DNA of 46,755 nucleotides from Elusimicrobiota bacterium (GTDB lineage Bacteria; Elusimicrobiota; Elusimicrobia; Elusimicrobiales; UBA9959): NCBI GenBank assembly GCA_037137395.1, contig JBAXKK010000009.1, positions 1 to 46,755 of the forward strand, read 5' to 3'. Shown piece by piece: positions 1 to 7,726 of this stretch (position 1 is its first letter; each line of letters starts with the position of its first letter). The notes under the pieces were generated by a model. It saw only the letters and a program-made list of their open reading frames with translations, ran no database searches and was not told where the DNA came from. The position numbers and the translations under genes were made by a program.

Positions 1-206
1 CATCTTGCGTTGGAAACGGGCTTTTCCCCATGCTCATCTTGCGTTGGATAATTCTTATTCACCCATTCCACGCTTAAAATTTGTAATATTGAAACCGGGG
101 AAAAAGTTAGCAAAGAAAACCGCTGCGAAAATGCAGGCGCCCGCGCTTTTTATATAATTCCCCGCGGTTAAAGCGCCCGTTAGGTTTCTATTTAAGGGGG
201 AACGAT

Positions 207-1718
207 ATGGCCGGATTTGATTCATTAAAACTTACTATTCCCAATAGCCTTTCATACCTGGATATTTCTTTAAACTTCATTCGTGAGACAGCTTCAAAAT
301 TCGGGTTCTCCCAGCCGCAGCTCGGCCAGATCGAGCTTGCGAGCGAGGAGGCTGTCGCGAATGTTATAAAACACGCTTTTGAAAAAGGCGAGCACAGCAC
401 CTTTGACATAATCTGCGAGCGCACCCCGCTTGGTATAAAAGTTATTATCAAGGACAAAGGCATACCTTTCGACCCCAGCCTGCTGACGCAATACGATCCG
501 GCCAAAGTATCGGCGGAAAACAGGACCGCCGGCATGGGCGTGTTCCTTATGAAGCAGGCCGTGGATATGGTCTCTTTCGTAAATCTGGGCATAGGGGGCA
601 AGGAAACCCACCTCGTAAAATATCTGCCCCATAAAAACATTGAGGAATACTTTCCCGGACAGAAGATGGAAGTTGAGGCCCAGCCGTCCGCCCCCGCGCC
701 GATAATGGAGAAGATCCCCTACGACGTCCGCAGGATGCGTCCGGAAGAAGCGATTGAGGTGTCAAGGTGCGCCTACAAGTCGCACGGCTACTCCTTTTTC
801 GACGATAATATATATTTCCCCGAGCGGCTGGCGGAATTAAACCAGAGCGAAGAGCTTATTTCTCTGGTGGCGGTGACGAAGGACAATGTGTTTATGGGCC
901 ACTCCGCCCTTCATTATCCTCACGTCGGAGCAAAGATCGCCGAGCTCACCTACGCCTTCGTCAACATGGAATACAGGGGTCAGGGCTGTATGACCCGGCT
1001 TTGCGAGCAATTATTTAAAATGGATAAAAAGTACCCGCTCACCGGCGTTTACGCCAATGCCGTCACGAATCATCTCTTCACGCAGAAAGTTCTGGTGAAA
1101 TACGCCATCAATGACTGCGGGGTTTACCTCGCGGCCAGCCCGGGCACCTGGGTCTTCAGGGGAATTTCAGGCGAAAGCAAGCAGCGGCTCAGCGTGATTC
1201 TCAGCTTTAAATACCTTAATCCGCCGCCTCCTATGACGATTTATCCTCCGGCGAAGCACAGGGATATGGTGGAGAAGCTTTATAAAAACATCGGCGCCGA
1301 ACATGATTGCCGCTGCCCCGATGAAAAGCAGCCCGCCGCAATCCGGGAGAAATCAAGCCTCAGGACTGATATCTACTCCTCTGAGGAATGCGCGGAAATA
1401 TGGGTGGAGCAATCTGGCGGCGACCTTGTAAAACAGGTCAGCGCCGCTCTCCACGATCTGCGCTTAAAGCAGCTGGGCGCCATATATGTTTACCTGAACC
1501 TGGAAGATCCCGCCACCTACAGCCTCACTCCCGAACTGGAAAAGCTGGGGTTTTTCTTTTCCGGAATACTCCCTCAAACGGATATGGGCGACACGCTGAT
1601 TCTCCAGTATCTGAACAATGTGGAGATTGACTACTCCAAAATACAGGTTCTGACTGATACCGGCCGGAAGCTTATCGACTATATCAAAGAGCTGGACCCC
1701 AACCTTGTAGCCAGGTAA
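207..1718 (+). CDS. RsbW-like (HATPase_c) anti-sigma/Ser kinase domain fused to GNAT acetyltransferase-like region
   Basis: N-terminus ELASEEAVANVIKHA...IIKDKGIPFDP...GMGVFLMKQAVD matches the RsbW/SpoIIAB N and G boxes. Central AFVNMEYRGQGCM is GNAT motif A. SD-like AAGGGG upstream. Confidence 0.8.
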   Translation: MAGFDSLKLTIPNSLSYLDISLNFIRETASKFGFSQPQLGQIELASEEAVANVIKHAFEKGEHSTFDIICERTPLGIKVIIKDKGIPFDPSLLTQYDPAKVSAENRTAGMGVFLMKQAVDMVSFVNLGIGGKETHLVKYLPHKNIEEYFPGQKMEVEAQPSAPAPIMEKIPYDVRRMRPEEAIEVSRCAYKSHGYSFFDDNIYFPERLAELNQSEELISLVAVTKDNVFMGHSALHYPHVGAKIAELTYAFVNMEYRGQGCMTRLCEQLFKMDKKYPLTGVYANAVTNHLFTQKVLVKYAINDCGVYLAASPGTWVFRGISGESKQRLSVILSFKYLNPPPPMTIYPPAKHRDMVEKLYKNIGAEHDCRCPDEKQPAAIREKSSLRTDIYSSEECAEIWVEQSGGDLVKQVSAALHDLRLKQLGAIYVYLNLEDPATYSLTPELEKLGFFFSGILPQTDMGDTLILQYLNNVEIDYSKIQVLTDTGRKLIDYIKELDPNLVAR

Positions 1719-1797
1719 ATTCCGGCGGGCTGATTTGTGTCGTGTTTCGCCCATAGAACCGGGCCGCGCAGCATCGCTTTTTTGATTGCCAGCCAAT

Positions 1798-3441
1798 ATG
1801 CCTGAAAAGTACGCCGACACCGCCCTCACTAACGCGCACATTTACTCGAGGGGAAAACTTCTTAAGGGTTCGCTTCTTGTAACCGGGAAGCGCGTTTTTC
1901 ATATCACGGATGAAAAGCAAGGCGGAGTTTTCTGCGGCCCGGGTACGCGGGTCGTGGACCTTAAAGGCGGTCTTATTCTCCCCGGGTTTCACGACGCGCA
2001 CATGCACTCCTCATTCGGCAGTCTTTTCCGCAAGGACTGCGACCTGGCCGGCCTCAATAGCGAAAAAGACTACCTTGAAGCCATAACTCTTTATGCCGCC
2101 GCGCACCGCGATAAGCCCTGCGTGCGGGGGAGCGGGTGGCATTACGGCGCGTTCGGGCGGCGGGGGCCGGCCAAGGCGTCGCTGGACGCGGTCGTCCCTG
2201 ATATCCCTGCAATGCTGACCGCGGCTGACGGCCACGCCGTCTGGGTCAACTCGAAAGCTCTGGAGCTTGCCGGAATAAATAAAAACACGCCTTCGCCCGC
2301 GGGAGGAATAATTGAGCGCGATCCGAATACTGGCGAGCCGTCCGGAACTCTGAGGGAATTGTCCGCGATAAAGCTGGCCCTGGACGCATTGCCGTCCATG
2401 ACCCCCGACGAATTGACGCCGGAGGCGGCTGAATTCCTGCAGCTGCTGGCCGCAAACGGGATTTGCGGCATACATGACGCGGCCCTGACCCCGGATGTCG
2501 CCGGGAGCTATTCGGAACTTGACGCTAAAGGCCTTCTTACTTCCTTCGTAAGCGGGGCGTTTCTGTGCGAACCCGGAGACGGGAAGTCGCAAGTTCAGGA
2601 ATTTATTGCGCTGCGGGATAAATTCGCGGGTAAACATTTTACCCCGCGGGCGGTAAAGATTTTCCTGGACGGGGTAGTGGAGGGCCATACCGCGTTTCTG
2701 CTTGAGCCTTATTGCGATCTGCCGGGCGAGCGCGGGCAGCCTGCCTGGACAAAAGCCGGACTTGAGGAAGCGGTGGCCGCGCTGGACCACGCGGGTTTTC
2801 AGATTCACATCCACGCCATCGGTGACGCAGCGGTGCGCATGGCGCTTGACGCTTTTGAAGACGCGGCGAAAAAAAACGGGCCGCGTGATTCGCGCCACAT
2901 AATTGCACACCTGGAGCTTGTTCACGAGGCGGATATGCCCCGGTTCCGGGAGCTGGGCGTTATCGCCAATTTTCAGCCGGTCTGGTTTTATCTGGACACC
3001 TTCTCCGACAGCCTGCTGGTCCGGCACCTTGGGAAGAAGCGCGCCGGCAGCCGCTTTAAAATCCGCAGCCTGCTTGAGGCTGGCGCGGTTGTGACATGCG
3101 GGAGCGATTGGCCGGTCGGAGGGGATTTTATTTCCCTTAACCCGCTGGATTCGATACAGATAGGCGTTACGCGGCGCGGGACCGGCGCCCGTTCCGCGAA
3201 GGCCTACATGCCCGAAGAGATTGTCACGCTGCGGACCATGATGGATTGCTGGACTTTTAACGGGGCCTACGCGGACTTCAGGGAAAAGGAGGCGGGGTCG
3301 CTGGAGGACGGGAAGCTGGCAAACCTGGCCGTGCTGGATAAAAACATTTTTGATATGCCTGCCGACGAAATTCACCGGGCGCGGGTCACGCTCACCATGT
3401 TCGAGGGAAAAATTGTTTTCCGGAAAGCCGGGACAAATTAA
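1798..3441 (+). CDS. Metal-dependent amidohydrolase (amidohydrolase_3 / YtcJ-like)
   Basis: Motifs PGFHDAHMH, KIFLDG, HIHAIGD, AHLE, GSDWP and GKLANLAVLD. ATG at 1798 chosen over TTG 1786. Confidence 0.88.
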   Translation: MPEKYADTALTNAHIYSRGKLLKGSLLVTGKRVFHITDEKQGGVFCGPGTRVVDLKGGLILPGFHDAHMHSSFGSLFRKDCDLAGLNSEKDYLEAITLYAAAHRDKPCVRGSGWHYGAFGRRGPAKASLDAVVPDIPAMLTAADGHAVWVNSKALELAGINKNTPSPAGGIIERDPNTGEPSGTLRELSAIKLALDALPSMTPDELTPEAAEFLQLLAANGICGIHDAALTPDVAGSYSELDAKGLLTSFVSGAFLCEPGDGKSQVQEFIALRDKFAGKHFTPRAVKIFLDGVVEGHTAFLLEPYCDLPGERGQPAWTKAGLEEAVAALDHAGFQIHIHAIGDAAVRMALDAFEDAAKKNGPRDSRHIIAHLELVHEADMPRFRELGVIANFQPVWFYLDTFSDSLLVRHLGKKRAGSRFKIRSLLEAGAVVTCGSDWPVGGDFISLNPLDSIQIGVTRRGTGARSAKAYMPEEIVTLRTMMDCWTFNGAYADFREKEAGSLEDGKLANLAVLDKNIFDMPADEIHRARVTLTMFEGKIVFRKAGTN

Positions 3442-3516
3442 AATCCGGCGCGGCCAGCCTGTCGGGCCGGGTAAAGTGTATAATTTGAGCGGGTAAAAAG
3501 GCAAAAGAAAGACACC

Positions 3517-4293
3517 ATGAGAGCACTCGCACTTGCGGTTTTGGTGATGGCAGCGGTACTCCCCGGCCCCGCAGCCGCGGCAACCAGAATAATAATAGCC
3601 CCTTATGTCGGCAGCGTGACCAACTCCAACGCCACCTACCGGATAAAAGACGCCAGTGAACTGGACGCTATCTACGCGCAGTGGATGAACACTGAAAAAT
3701 TTCAGATCAACAGCTTCTACTACCGCATACCCAGGATAAACTACAGCCGCGTCAATGATCTGCAGCTAAGCTTTGACTTGTATCTGAAGCCATCTGCCGT
3801 CGGCAAGTGGGTGGCTGGGGCCGGCATGGAAGATCAGAAGACAGCCATGTCTGCCGGAGGGAATATCGCCCCGTATACCTCTTTTGAGATGGATAAAAAT
3901 ATTTTATTTTACTATCTGCGCGCCGGGCGGTATTTCTACCATAAAAAGGGCTGGCTGGACGCGTCGCTGTTTCCATACATCGGTTACGCTCGCGAGAAGA
4001 CCACCGGTGAGGCGATAATTAACGCGGCCATCACCAAGGATGTGAGCTCAAGCGACAGCTATCCTTTAGGCGGGATTAGTATTAACACCACTTTCGCGCA
4101 GTTTATAGTTCTGCAGGCAAACTGGATGGGATGGCTGGGCAGTTTCAGGAATGTGGATAGAATGGATGAATATACTCTGACGACCGGCATATATTTTAGC
4201 CGGCACTGGGGGCTGTCCTACCGCTACAAGTACAAAAAATACGGCCCGTCAGCCAGCAGCTACAATCTGGGAAGCATTGTTTATTTATTTTAG
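3517..4293 (+). CDS. Secreted, probable outer-membrane beta-barrel protein
   Basis: Signal peptide (MRALALAVLVMAAVLPGPAAA), Tyr/Trp-rich amphipathic strands, C-terminal IVYLF resembling a BAM signal. Confidence 0.6.
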   Translation: MRALALAVLVMAAVLPGPAAAATRIIIAPYVGSVTNSNATYRIKDASELDAIYAQWMNTEKFQINSFYYRIPRINYSRVNDLQLSFDLYLKPSAVGKWVAGAGMEDQKTAMSAGGNIAPYTSFEMDKNILFYYLRAGRYFYHKKGWLDASLFPYIGYAREKTTGEAIINAAITKDVSSSDSYPLGGISINTTFAQFIVLQANWMGWLGSFRNVDRMDEYTLTTGIYFSRHWGLSYRYKYKKYGPSASSYNLGSIVYLF

Positions 4294-4365
4294 GGAATGG
4301 GCGCTTCCGCGCGCGGGTTGATTCTGCCCGGGTATTTGAGGTAAGATTCTTTAAGGTTTTTGACT

Positions 4366-4686
4366 ATGGGAAATGATAGTTGGGTGAGGGTTATGGAAGA
4401 AACCGCGCTGCGCGAGCAGAGCATGGCAGCGGTTTCCCCCAAAGGCCTTCCCGTCCTGCTTATAAGGAAGACCGCCGGCGAGATATACGCCCTGGCAAAT
4501 CAATGCGCCCATATTGGCTGCCCGCTGTATCGCGGTAGTCTGGAAGGCTACATCCTGCAATGTCCCTGCCATGACTGGCGGTTTGACATCAGGACCGGAA
4601 TTTTCGCCGATGCACCGGAGATCCGGCTGCGGGTCTATGAATGGAAGATCGCGGAAGGCCAAATCTATATAAAAATTCAAGGATAA
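4366..4686 (+). CDS. Rieske [2Fe-2S] ferredoxin
   Basis: CAH...CPCH ligand pattern with WRFDIRTG; about 106 aa. Confidence 0.9.
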   Translation: MGNDSWVRVMEETALREQSMAAVSPKGLPVLLIRKTAGEIYALANQCAHIGCPLYRGSLEGYILQCPCHDWRFDIRTGIFADAPEIRLRVYEWKIAEGQIYIKIQG

Positions 4687-4688
4687 TT

Positions 4689-4946
4689 ATGAAAAAAGTG
4701 AAGATGTATGCTTTAAGCACCTGCCTCTGGTGCAAGCGGACCAAAAGTTTTTTTGAGGAAAAGAAAATTCCCTTTGAATGCGTGGATTACGATAAGGCGG
4801 ACGAGGCCGAGCAGGAGCGCATCATGGCCGAGATGCGGAAAAACGGCGGGGGCGGTTCCTTCCCCTATGTCTGCATCGGAGAGGATGTCGTGCAGGGCTA
4901 TGAGCCCGATGAATTCGAGCGTCTGCTGGACTGCAAAAACAAATGA
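4689..4946 (+). CDS. Glutaredoxin/NrdH-like redoxin
   Basis: MYALSTCLWCKRTK (CxxC) and SFP cis-Pro motif; 85 aa; ATG 2 nt after the Rieske stop. Confidence 0.88.
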   Translation: MKKVKMYALSTCLWCKRTKSFFEEKKIPFECVDYDKADEAEQERIMAEMRKNGGGGSFPYVCIGEDVVQGYEPDEFERLLDCKNK

Positions 4947-5287
4947 ACACAACAACACTGGTGGCCAGAAAAAAGGCATTACGCTTCTTCTTTGAGCCGG
5001 TAGTGGATAAGCTTGGCTACAAATTTACGCCTGTGGAGGAGGATGTTGAATTTCTGCTGGAGGCTGAAGTTTCATTTGAAGAAAAATACGGCATGCCTTA
5101 CTGCCCCTGCCAGGCGCGCACCCGCGACCGGTCCGAGAATATGAAGATAGTCTGCCCTTGCATACCGTTTCACCGGGAGCATTTTGACGCCATGAAGCGC
5201 TGCTGGTGCGGCCTGTTCATCCACAAGGATGTAACGGATCCGTCAACGCTTAAGCAGATCCCCCCCTCAAAATTCCGCAAGCAGTGA
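4943..5287 (+). CDS. Ferredoxin:thioredoxin reductase catalytic subunit (FTR-c) homolog
   Basis: YCPC...VCPC...RCWCGLF triple CxC pattern; ATGA overlap with the glutaredoxin gene. Confidence 0.88.
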   Translation: MNTTTLVARKKALRFFFEPVVDKLGYKFTPVEEDVEFLLEAEVSFEEKYGMPYCPCQARTRDRSENMKIVCPCIPFHREHFDAMKRCWCGLFIHKDVTDPSTLKQIPPSKFRKQ

Positions 5288-5329
5288 TAAGATACGTCCC
5301 CTGACACCATCTCCTGCCCGGCTATCCGA

Positions 5330-5413
5330 CAAAAGGCCTATTCGATTGCGGCTGAAGATGCAAAAGTTTAGGGCCTTTCGGCCTAGGTGCGCTCTTATAT
5401 TTTCTTGTAAACT
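5330..5413 (+). promoter_or_regulatory. Putative bipartite operator plus -10 box (CAAAAGGCCTA-N28-TAGGGCCTTTCGGCCTA-N22-TAAACT)
   Basis: The same architecture recurs on the minus strand at 41899-41983. Confidence 0.45.
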
Positions 5414-5462
5414 TTTATGAAGCCGGTAAAACGGTCAAATGACAAGAGCGGGAGCGTTTCGC

Positions 5463-6110
5463 ATGATAAAAAGAATATTGATTTCAGTGTTGATGGTTAT
5501 ATCTGCCGGCCTGGTTCAAGCCGCTGATCTTCAGGTTGCGCCGGACCAGGACCTTGCGCGGTACGAAGAAGCATATTTGAATAAAGTCGACGCGCAAGGA
5601 ATGAGAGTAATCGATAAACTTGTTAAGGAGCCTTCGCCGGACCCGCTTTTGACAAAGGCGGAGCAGGTCGCCATAGCTTATTACACCATTTCTTATGAGA
5701 TGGAGCCCAGAATTATGCTTGCCGGGGCCCTAAAGCTTGAAAAAAAATCCGGGCGATTTTTCCGGGGGCAAACGACCGGGGGCCGCATTAACATCACTCA
5801 CGAGGGGCAGATACTTAATTTCAAGGACATCGTCAGCGTCTCAGCGAGCAGAAGCGCCGCGGAAGGCTTTTTATCAGATCCGGATAATTCCGAGCTACTG
5901 ATCATACAGGCGCGGTCCGCGCGCGATATTTCGCCTTATTCCCAGTGCCATAACGAAGGAGTAGATGAAAGAGAACATTTTCTGCTGCCGGGCACCGCAT
6001 TGCGGGTGGGTAATATCTACAGGGAATCCATCGTTATGTTTGATGAAGAAGCGGGCAAAGATGTTGCTTGGTCGGTGCGTATCGTTGAAATAACCGAGAT
6101 TTCCCAATAG
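5463..6110 (+). CDS. Secreted R-S-E family (C2/C3/ExoS-like) mono-ADP-ribosyltransferase
   Basis: Signal peptide MIKRILISVLMVISAGLVQA, then YT, FFRGQ (Arg), IVSVSAS (STS-like) and DEREHFLLPGTALRV (ExE) in the canonical order. SD GGGAG before ATG 5463. Confidence 0.72.
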   Translation: MIKRILISVLMVISAGLVQAADLQVAPDQDLARYEEAYLNKVDAQGMRVIDKLVKEPSPDPLLTKAEQVAIAYYTISYEMEPRIMLAGALKLEKKSGRFFRGQTTGGRINITHEGQILNFKDIVSVSASRSAAEGFLSDPDNSELLIIQARSARDISPYSQCHNEGVDEREHFLLPGTALRVGNIYRESIVMFDEEAGKDVAWSVRIVEITEISQ

Positions 6111-6156
6111 GGGGTGGGGACACTTCACGCTTCGCGTTTTCCGGCTTACGACAATT

Positions 6157-6513
6157 ATGCTTATTAAAGTTGCTGAAAAAAAAGATATAGCGCCGGGCGG
6201 GATGCTGGGCGTAAAAGTGAATGGCTTAAATCTCGTTATCTGTAATTACGCCGGCAACTTCTACGCCGTGGAGCGGAAATGCGGACACGCAGGCGCCTAC
6301 CTGGAGCGCGGCGCGCTTAACGGCTATATCCTTACCTGTCCGCTTCACTACGCGCGGTTCGACATCACCACGGGTGAAGCTCTCGGCGGGCCGGTCCCTG
6401 AAGCTCCGGCCAGCAAATACGCGGATCCTTCCGCCCCGGAACTTGCGACGAAAAGTCTGGGAACCTATCCCGTAACCATAGAAGGAGACTCCATAAAGGT
6501 TGAAGTCCCGTAA
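6157..6513 (+). CDS. Rieske [2Fe-2S] ferredoxin (second copy)
   Basis: CGH...CPLH ligands with ARFDITTG. Confidence 0.9.
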   Translation: MLIKVAEKKDIAPGGMLGVKVNGLNLVICNYAGNFYAVERKCGHAGAYLERGALNGYILTCPLHYARFDITTGEALGGPVPEAPASKYADPSAPELATKSLGTYPVTIEGDSIKVEVP

Positions 6514-6625
6514 ATGTTTACGCCATCCGCTTTGCGGGTAAGGCTATGTAGTGCGGCGCAATAAAAAACGCGGGCCGGCGTTATATAGAGTGATACGCTG
6601 GGCGGCGGTTATTTTAAGGAGATAT

Positions 6626-7471
6626 ATGAAACTTAATAAGATATCGGTGTTGACGGCGGCGGCGCTCATCACGGCGGCTTTTTCTGCGCCGTGCCTTTTT
6701 GCTCAGGGGGACACATCACAGGAAGGATCTGGCGGGCAGAAGAGAGGGGTGCGCGGCGAAGCGCGCGGCGGTATGATGGCCGGGATGAAAGAGATCCAGA
6801 AGGTCTGTAAGGCGGACCTGGACAAATTCTGCAAAGATGGTAAACCCGGCGAAGGCCGATTTTTAAAGTGTTTGAAAGAGAATGACTCCAACCTCTCAGA
6901 GGTTTGTAAGGCTAAACTCGCGGAGCACAGGGAGAGGGCAATAAAAGAGCATCCTTGTTTGGCCGATATGGAAAAGTTTTGCCAAGATGTTGGCAAGGGA
7001 AAAGGGCAGATAAAGGAATGCATGAAAGCTCATGAGGCCGAATTCTCAGCCGCGTGTAAAGCGAAGATGGCGGAAAAGAAAGAGGAAATGAAAAAAAACA
7101 ACCCGTGCGCTGGCGATATTGAAAAATTCTGCAAGGGCATGGAACCGGGCGAAGCGGGCTTTAGGGAGTGCATGGAGACTAATGAGGCTGAGTTCTCCGA
7201 CGGGTGCAGAGCTGAGATAGCGGGTATGAAGGCTTCCATGAAAAAAAACGACCCGTGCGCTGGCGACGTAGAGAAATTCTGCAAGGATGTTGAGCGCGGG
7301 AGAGGTGATGTGATGAAATGTCTGAAGGGGCATGAGTCCGAGCTTTCGGCCTCCTGCGCGGCCGGACAAGCTAAAATGAAAGAAAGGCGCAAGGGGATGA
7401 AGGGGAAGCGCGGGGAGCGCGGCGCAGCCGCCCCGGCTGAAATGGAGCCGGCAGCGCCAGAAGGCGAATAA
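6626..7471 (+). CDS. Secreted cysteine-rich repeat protein (GLG1/Cys-rich-repeat-like), four ~50-aa repeats
   Basis: SD AAGGAG and signal peptide, then four CxxDxxKFC-x12-C-x11-C units. Confidence 0.8.
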   Translation: MKLNKISVLTAAALITAAFSAPCLFAQGDTSQEGSGGQKRGVRGEARGGMMAGMKEIQKVCKADLDKFCKDGKPGEGRFLKCLKENDSNLSEVCKAKLAEHRERAIKEHPCLADMEKFCQDVGKGKGQIKECMKAHEAEFSAACKAKMAEKKEEMKKNNPCAGDIEKFCKGMEPGEAGFRECMETNEAEFSDGCRAEIAGMKASMKKNDPCAGDVEKFCKDVERGRGDVMKCLKGHESELSASCAAGQAKMKERRKGMKGKRGERGAAAPAEMEPAAPEGE

Positions 7472-7490
7472 CGGTTTATGTGTAAATAAT

Positions 7491-7529
7491 AAGGGCGCCC
7501 GTCCGGACTTTGGGGGGCGCCTTTATTTT
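7491..7529 (+). terminator. Intrinsic terminator
   Basis: GGCGCCC (7494-7500) and GGGCGCC (7515-7521) form a stem followed by TTTATTTT. Confidence 0.65.
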
Positions 7530-7540
7530 GTTTAAAAGGC

Positions 7541-7689
7541 CGTTTGATGCACACCGTGCTTTTTACGGCACCTACTCAAGTATTGGCGGGACCCTTTCCG
7601 GGGATATTATCCCACAGGTGGACACCGCTCTGCGGTTTCCCCTACGTTTGATGCACACCGTGCTTTTTACGGCACCTACTCAAGTATTG
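7541..7689. repeat. Perfect 45-bp direct repeat pair around a 59-bp hairpin-rich spacer
   Basis: CGTTTGATGCACACCGTGCTTTTTACGGCACCTACTCAAGTATTG occurs at 7541-7585 and 7645-7689. Confidence 0.9.
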
Positions 7690-7726
7690 TAATATATGAA
7701 AGAAGGTGAAAGATCTTGGAATATCA

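Noticed and set aside
2011..3504. 497-aa antisense ORF, and other long antisense ORFs such as 19933-20703, 21448-22290, 24354-25295 and 41972-42754
   Set aside because: They lie opposite well-supported genes and have no recognisable motifs; typical shadow ORFs of GC-rich coding DNA.
4366..5290. Selenocysteine read-through in the redox genes
   Set aside because: All expected Cys ligands are normal Cys codons, and the TGA codons fall at natural protein ends.
5292..6128. GTCCCC/GGGGAC motifs flanking the ART gene as terminal inverted repeats of a mobile cassette
   Set aside because: Complementarity is only about 6 bp, with no target duplication or transposase; too weak to support.
7541..7689. 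CRISPR array interpretation of the 45-bp repeat pair
   Set aside because: Only two units, a 59-bp self-structured spacer, and no cas genes in the window.
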